A stretch of DNA of 51,797 bases, taken from assembly GCA_937888435.1 (NCBI GenBank), contig CALAQS010000277.1:1-51797 (forward strand), given 5' to 3'. The stretch comes from an uncultured Acidobacteriota bacterium (GTDB lineage: Bacteria > Acidobacteriota > Thermoanaerobaculia > UBA5066). The notes under the pieces were generated by a model that worked only from the letters and a program-made list of their open reading frames with translations, was not told the origin of the DNA and did not search any database. Below, in pieces: positions 1 through 11,186 of the stretch (position 1 is the first letter of the stretch; each line of letters starts with the position of its first letter). The position numbers were made by a program, and so were the translations under genes.

Positions 1-82
1 GGATCGCGACGACGATGGGGACGCGCGCGACGTAGTCGTTCGAGAGGTTGTTCTCTCCATACGTGAAGACGATCCAGGCCAT
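1..82 (-). CDS. 5' part of a gene running off the window edge (MAWIVFTYGENNLSNDYVARVPIVVAI...), product unknown
   Basis: ATG at 82 on the minus strand, downstream of holB in the same orientation; frame stays open to the window edge with GC-rich third positions. Confidence 0.4.
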   Translation of the reverse strand, partial: MAWIVFTYGENNLSNDYVARVPIVVAI

Positions 83-156
83 TCGCGCGGGTGCGAGCAG
101 CGCGAGCGCGATCGCGAGGGCCTTCGCGCCTCGGGAAACGGACCGCTCGTCTCCGC

Positions 157-1104
157 TCACAGCCCGAGCGCGAACGCTTCCGTCGCGAGCTTCACGTTGC
201 GGCGCGAGTCCGTGAGGCTCGCGGCGAGGGCGAGAGCGCCGGACGCCGCGTCGAGGAGGTCGGCAGCCGGAGCCGTGCCAAGGCGCGCGAGGTCGGCGAA
301 GCGCTCGCGGAAGAGGATGTGGCGGCCGGCGGGATCGACGGGCGCAGCCGCGGCGTCGCGCAGGAGCTGCGCGAGGAGCTGGAGGCGGCGCACGGCCTCG
401 GGGCCGTCGTCGGCTCCGAGGAGCGTTCCTAAGGCGAGCGACCAGGACAAGGAGCGCGTGAGGAAAACCCCGGAGACGGCCTCGAGGAGCGCGTCGCGCG
501 TGGCGCGCGCACCGGCCACGTCCAGCTCGGCGGCTTCGTCCGCGTCGTGCGGCGCGAAGGCCGCGCGCGCCTCGGCTTCTTCCTCACCCATGCCGCGGCC
601 CCTCAGGGCGGCGGCCGTTTCTTCGCGCGTGGCGCCCGGGACGGGCCGGAGCGCGACGCGCGAGAGGATCGTGGACGGGAGGAGGCGCGGGCGCGTGGCG
701 GTGAGGATGAAGCGCGTCTTCGTGGGAGGCTCCTCGAGGATCTTCAGGAGCGCGCTGAAGGCCGCACTCTCCGTGCGGTCCACGTCGAGGAAGACGACGG
801 CGCGCCGCTGCGCCTCGTAGGGAAAGCGCGTCGCGTCGGCGGCGACCGCGCGCACGAGTGCGGTCGGCAGCGTCGTCTCCTTGCCGTCGGTCTCCTCGAA
901 CGGCGGGGGGTTGACGCGGCGCCGCCTCTCGGGAGCGACGACCATGAGGTCGGGATGCTCGCGCCGGAACACGCGGCGCGCGGCGGGAGATTCGGGGTCG
1001 AAGCCGGGTCCGCAGACGACCTCGGCCGCGGCCTCGATCGCCAGTGTTTCGAGTCGGCGGCTGCCCGGCCCGGAGAGGAGGACGACCGGAGCGCTTGCGC
1101 TCAT
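157..1104 (-). CDS. holB: DNA polymerase III delta-prime subunit (clamp loader), divergent
   Basis: HPDL motif, ALLKILEEPP and LLPSTILSRV motifs; 4-nt overlap with tmk, the usual tmk-holB order. Confidence 0.85.
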   Translation of the reverse strand: MSASAPVVLLSGPGSRRLETLAIEAAAEVVCGPGFDPESPAARRVFRREHPDLMVVAPERRRRVNPPPFEETDGKETTLPTALVRAVAADATRFPYEAQRRAVVFLDVDRTESAAFSALLKILEEPPTKTRFILTATRPRLLPSTILSRVALRPVPGATREETAAALRGRGMGEEEAEARAAFAPHDADEAAELDVAGARATRDALLEAVSGVFLTRSLSWSLALGTLLGADDGPEAVRRLQLLAQLLRDAAAAPVDPAGRHILFRERFADLARLGTAPAADLLDAASGALALAASLTDSRRNVKLATEAFALGL

Positions 1105-1772
1105 CGGCGCCTCGTCGCGCGCGGGCGGCGCGGGATGAAGAGGGCCTCGAGGTCTTTTTCGAGGCGTGCGAACACGGCGTCGGGCGTTCCGCTCGCGTCA
1201 AGCACGCGAAATCGGTGCGGCTCGCTCCGGGCACGGCGGCGATACGCGGTCCTCACGCGGCGGTGGAAAGCGATCTCCTCGCGCTCGAACTTGTCGATGC
1301 CGGCGCCGCCCCGCCGCGCGACGCGTGCGAGCGCGGTTTCGACGGGGCAATCGAAAAGATACGTGCGGTCGGGAACGCGAGGGCACCAGCGGCGGTGAAG
1401 CGCGTCGACGGCCGCTTCGCCGAGTCCGCGGCCGGCGCCCTGGTACGCGCGCGATGAGTCGATATATCGGTCGCACAGGACGTCCGTGCCCTCGGCGAGG
1501 GCCGGCTCGATCAGCTCGAGGACGTGCTGCCGCCGGTCGGCGACCATGAGGAGCAGCTCGGCGCCCGGCTCGACGTTCTCGCGCGCGTGGAGGAGGGCAT
1601 GGCGGAGACGCTGGCCGAGCGCCGTTCCGCCGGGCTCTCGGGTCGTCAAGACGACTCGCCCGCGAGCCGCGAGCCACTCTGCCGCACGATTCAACTGGGT
1701 GGTCTTGCCGCAGCCTTCGATCCCCTCGAAAGTCAGAAAAAGTCCACGGGTCACGACGCGGGATTCTCGCAC
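1101..1772 (-). CDS. tmk: Thymidylate (dTMP) kinase; true start may be GTG at 1754
   Basis: FLTFEGIEGCGKTT P-loop, TREPGGT, DRYIDSSRAYQG motifs. Confidence 0.96.
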   Translation of the reverse strand: MRESRVVTRGLFLTFEGIEGCGKTTQLNRAAEWLAARGRVVLTTREPGGTALGQRLRHALLHARENVEPGAELLLMVADRRQHVLELIEPALAEGTDVLCDRYIDSSRAYQGAGRGLGEAAVDALHRRWCPRVPDRTYLFDCPVETALARVARRGGAGIDKFEREEIAFHRRVRTAYRRRARSEPHRFRVLDASGTPDAVFARLEKDLEALFIPRRPRATRRR

Positions 1773-1831
1773 GCAGGTTCGGCGCCTGCCTCGGAACGAA
1801 GTGGCACGCCGTTCGTATACTGAGGCAGCGC

Positions 1832-4438
1832 ATGTCGGTTCTGACGCCGGACCCGAGCAGCCCGGAGGGCGCCGTCGGCGTAACCGGCCGCTCGCCGAGG
1901 CGCCTGCTCGTCTTCGTCGGGGTCCTCGCCTGCCTTCTTGCCGTCCTGTCCGTCGTGGACATGTTCATGGCGAAGGCCTACGACGGCGTCGTACCCGACC
2001 CGTACTCCGTGGGCGGCATCTTCGTCCGCGACCTCGTCCCCGGGGGCGCGGCCGAAAAGGCGGGTCTCAGGACCGGGGACACCGTGCTCGGCATCGGCCA
2101 CCACATGCTCAACAAGGCGGCCGAGGCGCCCGCCGAGCTGCGCCGCCACGGCGCGGGCGAGGCCGTGGACTACCTTGTCAGGCGCGGGGAGGACGTGTTC
2201 GAGACGAAGCTCATCCTCACGCCATTCCGTCTGGGTTCGGCGTTGTACTTCTACTTCGCGTTCCTCGGTCTCCTCTTCTTCGTCCTGGGGGCTTTCGTGA
2301 TCTCGCGGCGGGCGGACGACCCGGCCGTGCAGGTCTTCTACGTCCTGTGCATTCTCTTCATGCTCTTTTTCATCTGCCGGCTGCGTCCGTCCAGCTACTA
2401 CTGGATCGACTACGTCGTGCAGGTCGCCGGCACGCTCGCCCTGTTCCTTCTGCCGGCGGTATTTCTGCATTTTTTCCTCCTCTTCCCGAAGAAAAAGACG
2501 TTCCGGTTCGCCGACCGTGCACCCGGCGGAGCGCCCCCGGCGCCGTGGCTCTTCGCGCTCCAGCGTTTTCTCAATCGCTCGCCGCTGCTCCTGACTCTTC
2601 TGTACACCCTTCCGCCCGTCCTCTACGTTCTCCAGATGGCGGGCGCGAGAGGGGGCGGTCCGCGGCGGCTCATTTACGGCGCGCCCACGCTCAACTGGAT
2701 CCTTCTCGCGGACTACCTCATCCTCGGCCTCCTCGCGCTCGCGCACACGTGGTGGACGAGCGAAGACCGCGCGGCGCGCCGGCCGATCCTCGTCCTCCTG
2801 CTCGGCACCGTGGCCGGCATCGTGCCGTTCGTCGTCTTCGCCGTCTTTTTTCCGTCGCTCTTCCGCGAGGACCGGTATCTCGCGTGGGGCGTCGTCCCGA
2901 TGGCGCTCATTCCGCTCACGTTCGCGTATGCGATCGTCCGCTTCCGGCTCTTCGACGTCGAGGTCATCGTCCGCAAGTCGCTCGTGTACGCGATCCTGAC
3001 GGCCGTCGTCACGGGGTTCTACGCGCTCTGCGTCGTGGCGGGGAACGCGTTCGTCTCGACCGTCTCGTCGTCGACGCTGTTCTCGTCTCCCGCGTTCGCG
3101 TTCGGCTTCGGCCTCGTCGTCGTGCTTCTCTTCGATCCCCTGCGCAGGCGGATGCAGCGCGTCGTGGACCGCCTGTTCTTCCGCGACCGCGCGGACTTCC
3201 AGCAGGCGCTCCTGGACATGAGCCGCTCTGTCGTGTCGCAGCTCGAAAGGCCGAAGCTGCGGGCGCTCCTGACGTCGCGCACGGCCGATCTCCTGCGGCT
3301 CGAGAGCCTCGACCTCCTCCTGCCACGCGGCGAGGACGGGGCCTTCACGGACGGCTCGACCGGCGGTGGGGCCCTCCCCGCGCTTCCGATGGGGGCGGTG
3401 CTGCCCCGGCTCGTCCTCGAGAGGGGCGCTCCCGTGAGGCTCGCCGAGCTGGACGGCTGGATGCTCGACGCCGATTCCCGTGCGTTCGTGGCGGCGGCGA
3501 AGCGCCGGTTCGTCACGGTCGTCCTACCGCTCGCGACGCACGGCAAGCTCCTCGGGCTTCTCGCCGTCGGGCGCAAGCGCTCCGAGGAAGAGCTTTCCCG
3601 CGAGGACCTCGACCACTTGCTCACGATCGCGAATCAAGGCGCGCTCGGGCTCGAGGCCGCCGGCCTCCACGAGGAGCTCACGCGCCGGGCGGAGATGGAG
3701 CGCGATCTCGACATCGCGCGCGAGATCCAGACGAGCCTTTTTCCGCGCGAGCTGCCGCGCGTGCCGGGCGTGTCGTTCTTCGGCGTGAGCCGGCCGGCGC
3801 GCGTCGTGGGCGGCGACTTCTACGACTTCCTCGAGGTGGACGGCGACGTGCGCGGGGGCGGGCGACTCGGCCTCGTCGTGGGCGACGTGTCGGGCAAGTC
3901 GATCCCGGCTTCGCTCCTCATGGTCGCGGCCAAGGAGATCGTCTACGCCCGGGCGATGGCCGACCCCGATCCCGGCGTCGTGTTCCGCGAGGCGAATCGG
4001 CGCCTGTACGACATCAAGCGGCGGATGTTCGTGTCGCTCGCGTATTTCCTCCTCGACCAGAAGGCGCTCTCCCTCACCTATGCCTTCGGCGGCCAGCCAA
4101 CGCCCCTCCTCGTGCGCGCGGGCTCGGGCGTCGCGGTGGAAATTCCGGCACCCGCGAATCGCCTGCCTCTCGGCGCCTTCCGCGACGTTCCGTACGACAC
4201 CGTCACGTACTACCTCTCGCCCGGAGACCTTCTCCTCTTTTACACGGACGGCCTCAACGAGGCGATGTCCGCCGAAATGGCACCGTACGGGGACGAGAGG
4301 CTCAAGGCCTCGTTCGTCCGTCACGCAAAGCGCCCTCTGCCGGAGCTCGCCGACGAGCTTCTCGAGGACATCCGCCAGTTTACCCAGGACGCCGAGCAAT
4401 ACGACGACCAGACCTTCGTCCTGATGCGCATCGGGTGA
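1832..4438 (+). CDS. Membrane sensor phosphatase: N-terminal TM, PDZ-like domain, multi-TM region, GAF, SpoIIE/PP2C domain
   Basis: PDZ-like VPGGAAEKAGLRTGDTVLGI; several hydrophobic helices; PP2C motifs VGGDFYD, GDVSGK, YTDGLNEA, DDQT. Confidence 0.9.
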   Translation: MSVLTPDPSSPEGAVGVTGRSPRRLLVFVGVLACLLAVLSVVDMFMAKAYDGVVPDPYSVGGIFVRDLVPGGAAEKAGLRTGDTVLGIGHHMLNKAAEAPAELRRHGAGEAVDYLVRRGEDVFETKLILTPFRLGSALYFYFAFLGLLFFVLGAFVISRRADDPAVQVFYVLCILFMLFFICRLRPSSYYWIDYVVQVAGTLALFLLPAVFLHFFLLFPKKKTFRFADRAPGGAPPAPWLFALQRFLNRSPLLLTLLYTLPPVLYVLQMAGARGGGPRRLIYGAPTLNWILLADYLILGLLALAHTWWTSEDRAARRPILVLLLGTVAGIVPFVVFAVFFPSLFREDRYLAWGVVPMALIPLTFAYAIVRFRLFDVEVIVRKSLVYAILTAVVTGFYALCVVAGNAFVSTVSSSTLFSSPAFAFGFGLVVVLLFDPLRRRMQRVVDRLFFRDRADFQQALLDMSRSVVSQLERPKLRALLTSRTADLLRLESLDLLLPRGEDGAFTDGSTGGGALPALPMGAVLPRLVLERGAPVRLAELDGWMLDADSRAFVAAAKRRFVTVVLPLATHGKLLGLLAVGRKRSEEELSREDLDHLLTIANQGALGLEAAGLHEELTRRAEMERDLDIAREIQTSLFPRELPRVPGVSFFGVSRPARVVGGDFYDFLEVDGDVRGGGRLGLVVGDVSGKSIPASLLMVAAKEIVYARAMADPDPGVVFREANRRLYDIKRRMFVSLAYFLLDQKALSLTYAFGGQPTPLLVRAGSGVAVEIPAPANRLPLGAFRDVPYDTVTYYLSPGDLLLFYTDGLNEAMSAEMAPYGDERLKASFVRHAKRPLPELADELLEDIRQFTQDAEQYDDQTFVLMRIG

Positions 4439-4499
4439 AAACTCCGGCGCCGCGAGCGCGTATCATCAAAGGGCCGCTCGTGCGGCCGTCGGAGGCTGC

Positions 4500-5945
4500 A
4501 TGTCGCTCGCGTCCCGTCGCTCCCTGCGCCCGCTCACCCTCGCCCTCGTGGTGACGGGTCTCGTGGCGGCCGGGACCGCCGCGGCGTTCTTCCTCAGGAG
4601 CCGCCGCGACGTCACGACGTCCTCCGAGCAGGCCCGGAAGGCCTACAACGAGGCACGCGAGAACGACCTGAAGATGTACGACCGCGAGGCGATCTCCGGG
4701 TACGCGACGGCGCTGCAGTACGACCCACATTTCGTCATGGCGACGCTGCGGCTCGCCGACAAGATCCGGGGGCGCGACCCAGACCGGGCGAACTCCCTCC
4801 TCGCGTCGGCGGCGCGCTCGAGGGAAGAGATCACCCCCCGCGAGCAGCTCATGCTGCGGATCTACGAGGAGCGCTGGGGGCGGCGCGACACCGCGACCCT
4901 CGGCGCGCTCTACGACGAGTACCTGCGTCGATTCCCGGACGATCCCGAAGGCTATCTGATGCGTTGCTACTTTCTGGCGAGCCAGAAGCGCACCGCCGAG
5001 GCCCTCGCGGAATACGAGCGGCTTCTCACCGTGAATCCGAACTACGCCATCGCCTACAACACGCTCGGCTACGCCAGCGCGGCGCGCGGCGACTTCGCGA
5101 AGGCCGAGGATTACCTCAAGCGCTACCGCTACCTCGCGCCGGACCAGGCGAACCCTCTCGACTCGCTCGGCGAGCTCTACGCGCTCATCGGACGGTACGA
5201 CGAAGCCGAGGACGTCCTCAAGAAGGCGCTCGCCATAAAGAGCGACTTCTTTCCCGCTTACGGCCACCTCGGGACCGTGGAGATCGGCCGGGGAAATCCG
5301 GCGAAGGCCGCTCAGTACTTTCTCAAGGCGTCGGACGAAGCCACCCAGCCCCTCGTACGCCTCGATTTCCGTTTCTACGCTTCAATCGCGCTCCTCGACG
5401 CGGGCGACGGTGCGGCCGCGCGCAAGGAGAGGGATCTCTTCGTAGCGGAAGCGGCCGGCCTCCCGCCCGGATCGGAGGCGGCGCAGCTCGGCGCCAAGAT
5501 CGCATTTTATCAGGCGGCGTTTCTCGCGATCAAGGGCGAGACGACGGGACTCGACGCCCTGCTGGTGTCCGCGGCTGTCCCCTACGAGAAAGAGCCGGAC
5601 GCCGAGAAGAAGGGCGTGGAGCAAGGCGTCGCATTGGTTCGCGGAGTCGCGGCGGCCCGGTCCGGCCGCTGCGAGGAGGCGGTGGCGCTCCTCCGGGGGA
5701 TCCAGCAGCCGGAAGGGGAGTTCGGCCTCGGAGGAACGGAGTACTACCCGGGAAAGGACTTTGGCCGCGTCCTGGCGGCCAGCTGCCTCCGCGACCTGGG
5801 ACGCAACGAGGAGGCGGAGAAAGAGCTCGAGCCGCTTCTGAAGAGGAACCCGCACTTCGCGCCCGCCGTCGCAGTCGTCGCGCGCCTGGCGCCCGGGAAG
5901 CCAGCCGCCGAAGCCCGGGCCGCCCGCGCTTCGGGCGCACCCTGA
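4500..5945 (+). CDS. Membrane-anchored tetratricopeptide-repeat protein
   Basis: N-terminal hydrophobic anchor, then TPR-like repeats (NPNYAIAYNTLGY, PDQANPLDSLGELY, FFPAYGHLG). Confidence 0.85.
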   Translation: MSLASRRSLRPLTLALVVTGLVAAGTAAAFFLRSRRDVTTSSEQARKAYNEARENDLKMYDREAISGYATALQYDPHFVMATLRLADKIRGRDPDRANSLLASAARSREEITPREQLMLRIYEERWGRRDTATLGALYDEYLRRFPDDPEGYLMRCYFLASQKRTAEALAEYERLLTVNPNYAIAYNTLGYASAARGDFAKAEDYLKRYRYLAPDQANPLDSLGELYALIGRYDEAEDVLKKALAIKSDFFPAYGHLGTVEIGRGNPAKAAQYFLKASDEATQPLVRLDFRFYASIALLDAGDGAAARKERDLFVAEAAGLPPGSEAAQLGAKIAFYQAAFLAIKGETTGLDALLVSAAVPYEKEPDAEKKGVEQGVALVRGVAAARSGRCEEAVALLRGIQQPEGEFGLGGTEYYPGKDFGRVLAASCLRDLGRNEEAEKELEPLLKRNPHFAPAVAVVARLAPGKPAAEARAARASGAP

Positions 5946-5952
5946 GCCGTCG

Positions 5953-7442
<1,490 letters not shown>

Positions 7443-7446
<4 letters not shown>

Positions 7447-9704
7447 GGAGACTCCTTCCGGATCAGCCTCCCCAGGGCGACCCGATCCGGCGCCAGGAGC
7501 TCGGCGATGCGCTCGGGGTTGACGTCGGCGACGATGATCTGGCCGACTTCGGTCGTGACCTCGCGGAAGATGCCGTGGACCTTCATCTTCGCGGCCTGAT
7601 ACTGGTTGTCCTCGGTGGGGGAGACGTAGTGCACCGAGTCGATCCGGAAGCGGTGCACCAGGAAGAGGTGGACGAGGGTCATCAGACGCTTCTTGCGGAG
7701 CGCCACCGCGAAGGTGTTCTGGTCGCGGACCGAGAGGATGCTGCGGCCGCGCCGGTCGTGGATGGGGGCGAAGATGACGTTGGCGTGCTTCTCGTCCCCG
7801 CTGCCGTAGATGCCGAGCTCGAGGAGCTCCGAGCCGGCGCGGTGCGGCCGCAACTGGACGCGGAGCGTACCGGGGAGGCCGTAGTGCTGCGTCCACATCG
7901 CCAGCCACTCCTCGAGGAGCTTCTTCGGCACCTCGGTCTGCACGAGGTGCTGGTGCTGGGTCGAGCCCTTGCCCATCGCCATGGTGGTCGCCGTGCGCCC
8001 CGACGAGGCGGCCAGTGCGGCATCCGCCCGCGGCCCGCCGACGAGGGTCTGCGGCGTGCGGTACGGCGACTCGACCATGCGGAGCTTCCGCTGCAAGCGG
8101 GCGAGAGCGAGCATGCCGTCCTGCTTGAGGGCGGTCGCCAGCTCCTCGGCGGCGAGACCGTCGATCTGGTGGCCGCCATAGGTGACGAAGTTGAAAACGA
8201 AGCCCAGCTTGGCGAGCTCCTCGGGAAATCGACGCATCTCCTCGTCACTCATGCCGGTGGTGTCCCAGCTGAACGACGGCGAGAGGTTGTAGGCGAGCAT
8301 CTTGTCCGGAAACTCGGCGTGGATCGCCTCGGCGAACTTGCGGACGTCGGAGAGGTCGGCGGTCTTCGTCTCCATCCACAGCAGGTCGGTGAAGGGTGCC
8401 GCGGCGAGCGATTTTGCGATGGCGTACGGGACGCCGCCGCGGACCTGGTAGAAGCCCTCCGAAGTCCTGGCCAGCTCGCAGTCCCAGCCGACGTCGGCGC
8501 CGAGAGCGCGCGCCTTCTCGCGGGCGGCGTAGAACGAGGCGCGCGCGGCGAACCGCCGCCACTCGTCGGGGCTCATCTCCAGCGGCTCGCCCTCGCTGGC
8601 GCGGAAGTCGAGCACCTCGGCGACTGCCTCGCCGTACGTCTCGAGGCCGGCCTCGTCCTCCCACACCTCGAGGAAGCGGGAGGCGACCCCGTCGAAGGTG
8701 GCGTCGAGAGAGATCTCCTTCCCGTCCCGGTATGCCGCTGCGGCCTCCGCGGCCTGGCGCAGGAGGCCCTTGCGCTCGAGCCAGTCGGCGGCTGCGGTGT
8801 ACTCGCCTTCGGGGATGGCGTAGAGCAGATGGCCGTTGAGGTCGCGGACGCCCATCTCGTAAAAGCGCCGGATCAGCGCCAGGTAGCACGCCTTGTAGGC
8901 CGGCACTTCGAGGTTGGTGGCGCCGAGGAGGAACGGCTGGTCGCGCTCGTCGGCGCGGCCCTCGAGCAGGTTGGCCGCCTCGGCGTCCGTGCGGGCCACG
9001 ATGATGCCGGCGACCCCCATGACGTCGAGCTGGAAGCGGGCGGTGTTCAGCCGCTTGTTCTGCTCGTCCTGCCCGACCAGCACCTTGCCGCCCTGATGGC
9101 CGCACTTCTTGGTGCCCGGGCGCTGGTCTTCGATGTGGTAGCCCGGCACGCCGGACTCCACGAAGCGGCGGATCAGGTTGCGCACGTGCGGGTCACCGCC
9201 GTGGCCGGTATCGGCGTCGGCGATGATGAACGGCCGGAAGTCGTGGGCCGGCGCGGCGGCGCGCTGCGCCTCGGTCATGCGCGAGCGCAGGTACTGCTGG
9301 TTGCGGTCGGCGGTGAGCAGGGCACGCACCAGCGTGGCGGCTTCGTCGGGCACCTGGCTGAGCGGGTAGCTCGCGAGATCGGGTCCCGGGTCTTCGCTCG
9401 TTCCGCCTCTGGCGGAGATCGCCCAGCCACCCAGGTAAATCCCTTCGATCCCCATCCGCTTGATGGTCACGGCCTGCCCCGGCGAGTAGGGGCCGAAGGT
9501 GGTGATGCTCTTCCTCTGCGCGAAGAGCTGGCGCAGGCGGTCGTAAAACGCCGCGGCGGCCTCGCGCGCGACCGTGTAGTCGTGAGCGATGGTGCCGCGT
9601 TGCTCCACGACCTGGCGCGCGGTGTAGAGGCGGACGATCCCCGCGAAGCGGGGGCTGTCGAACCACCGCTGTGTGGCGGCGATTTCCTCTTCGAACGAGC
9701 TCAT
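7443..9704 (-). CDS. aceA: Isocitrate lyase, long ICL2-like form with C-terminal extension
   Basis: [16 protein letters not shown], catalytic [25 protein letters not shown]; 753 aa. Confidence 0.93.
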
Positions 9705-9923
9705 GGCGGGGCCCCCTATGACAGCCCTACAGTTTAGCGCCGACCGAACGGGCCGTCGGTTTTCTCGGCGACGGCTCTTTGTTTGATGGATGGCGCCGAC
9801 ACGGCCTCAAGAACCGAATTCCCGCTCTGAGGCGTTTTTGCACTTTGTAATGTTTTGTCCCATGAAAGGTAAGTAGTTTACTTAGAAGAGTAATATGTGT
9901 TTCTTCGGCGACAAGACCATTGA

Positions 9924-9940
9924 TGTGACATAGTGGCTCA
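9924..9940. promoter_or_regulatory. Candidate enhancer (UAS) for a Fis-type HTH activator
   Basis: Imperfect palindrome TGTGACA-TAG-TGGCTCA about 100-120 bp upstream of the -24 box, in an AT-rich intergenic region. Confidence 0.4.
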
Positions 9941-9989
9941 TCGCTGGCTTGGACTGCTCGCTCACGCCACTTTCTAAGAAATCTAATCT

Positions 9990-10002
9990 TTCCAACAGCT
10001 TA
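9990..10002 (+). promoter_or_regulatory. Candidate IHF site
   Basis: TTCCAACAGCTTA matches the CAAnnnnTTR core of WATCAANNNNTTR, follows an AT-rich tract, and lies between the candidate UAS and the sigma54 promoter. Confidence 0.35.
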
Positions 10003-10041
10003 CCTGTACTTCAGCCCCCTCGAAATTTGCCTGGGACGATG

Positions 10042-10056
10042 TGGCCCGGCACTTGC
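10042..10056 (+). promoter_or_regulatory. Sigma54 (RpoN) -24/-12 promoter
   Basis: TGGCCCGGCACTTGC = TGGC-N7-TTGC with exact GG-N10-GC spacing; followed by SD GGAGG (10073-10077) and ATG 10085. Confidence 0.75.
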
Positions 10057-10084
10057 GATGCAGACCCCAACCGGAGGCACCCAG

Positions 10085-10342
10085 ATGTTCAGCGAGGGCG
10101 GAATCAAGGCTGAGGCGACCCGCGTGTCGACGCGCACGTCGTCCGTGCCCGGGCGCTCCTCTTTTTTCGCCGCGTCCTCTTTTTCCGCATCTTTACCAGC
10201 GTCTCTCCCCGCATCGATCCGCACTTCACGCGTCGTCATGTCGCTCCTTCTCGCCGAAGCCGCCGCCTTCGCCCTCGCTGCCGCGTCGGGTAAGATCCCT
10301 GCGTTCCTCTTCATAGCGGTTCGCGCGCTCCTGACGTTCTAG
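10085..10342 (+). CDS. Small (85 aa) hypothetical protein, Ser/Ala-rich middle and hydrophobic C-terminus; first gene after the sigma54 promoter
   Basis: GGAGG 7 nt before ATG 10085; same orientation as the downstream operon; C-terminus VVMSLLLAEAAAFALAAASGKIPAFLFIAVRALLTF. Confidence 0.55.
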   Translation: MFSEGGIKAEATRVSTRTSSVPGRSSFFAASSFSASLPASLPASIRTSRVVMSLLLAEAAAFALAAASGKIPAFLFIAVRALLTF

Positions 10343-10370
10343 GGCTCTGAGAGGGGATTGCCGAAAAGCG

Positions 10371-10808
10371 ATGTCGTCGGTCGAGCGCCGCGAGGTGCAC
10401 ATGACCATTCCGGTTGCGCCGGAAATGGAGATCGCCGCCACGGCGCAGGTCTCGGCGCTCGGCGAGTGGATGGAGATGGGCCGCGACAAGATCGACGAGG
10501 TGAAGATGGCCGTCGTCGAAGCCTGCATCAACGCGTTCGAGCACAGCGCGACGCCCGACCGCAAGGTAGAGCTCGCCTTCCGCGTGGGTGCCGAGGAGGG
10601 CGGCCGGGGCGCCTATCTCGAGGTCGACGTCACAGACGCGGGCCATGGGTTTGATCCGACCCGGCTCAAGACCCCCGAAATCGCCGCCGCGCTGAGGTCC
10701 AGCCGGAAGCGGGGCTGGGGCATCAAGATCATCGAGAGCCTGATGGACGACGTCCGGATCGAGAGCGGCGAGCACGGCACCCGCATCGTCATGCGCAAGT
10801 ATCGATAA
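10371..10808 (+). CDS. RsbW/SpoIIAB-like anti-sigma factor serine kinase (GHKL fold)
   Basis: N box EACINAFEH, G1 DAGHGFDP, G2 RGWGIKIIESLMDDV, GTRIVM. Confidence 0.92.
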   Translation: MSSVERREVHMTIPVAPEMEIAATAQVSALGEWMEMGRDKIDEVKMAVVEACINAFEHSATPDRKVELAFRVGAEEGGRGAYLEVDVTDAGHGFDPTRLKTPEIAAALRSSRKRGWGIKIIESLMDDVRIESGEHGTRIVMRKYR

Positions 10809-10823
10809 GGTATAAAGGACCGA

Positions 10824-11186
10824 ATGAGCGAGACCCTGAAAGTGGTCGTGGACCGGCCGGACGTCAACGTCGCCGTTCTCCGCACGGACGGTTACATCAA
10901 CAACACCGGAGGCGAGGAAATCGCCAAGGAGGCTTACGCTCTCCTGGGGTCGGGCGTGAATCGCCTGCTCCTCGACCTCGAGAAGACGAAGATCGTCAAT
11001 TCGATCGGCATCTCCATTCTCATCGAGATTCTGGAGAAGCTGCTCGATCAGGGGGGAAAGCTCGCTTTCTGCCGGCTGACGCCCACGATCGAGAAGACCT
11101 TCCAGATCATGGGGCTGGCCCAATATGCGCGCATCTTCTCCGCTCCCGAGCCCGCCCTCGCCTGGCTCCGGGGCGAGACCGAGTAG
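10824..11186 (+). CDS. STAS-domain anti-anti-sigma factor (RsbV/SpoIIAA-like)
   Basis: LLLDLEKTKIVNSIGISIL with the phosphoacceptor-type Ser; GGKLAFC...FQIMGL; 120 aa; next to the kinase. Confidence 0.92.
   Translation: MSETLKVVVDRPDVNVAVLRTDGYINNTGGEEIAKEAYALLGSGVNRLLLDLEKTKIVNSIGISILIEILEKLLDQGGKLAFCRLTPTIEKTFQIMGLAQYARIFSAPEPALAWLRGETE

Noticed and set aside
1802-1816. TGGCACG as a sigma54 -24 box upstream of the PDZ-PP2C gene
   Set aside because: The -12 position reads TTCGT rather than TTGC; the overlapping TATACT at 1816-1821 fits a sigma70 -10 box better
1486-4554. 1022-aa ORF and many other long overlapping or antisense ORFs (for example 5530-7908, 7575-9737, 24010-26064, 28025-30310)
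   Set aside because: Arg/Pro/Ala/Gly-rich shadow frames expected in high-GC coding DNA; each overlaps a gene with clear family motifs
10000-10314. 104-aa minus-strand ORF in the regulatory region
   Set aside because: No SD, runs across the sigma54 promoter, and the plus-strand ORF has promoter, SD and operon context
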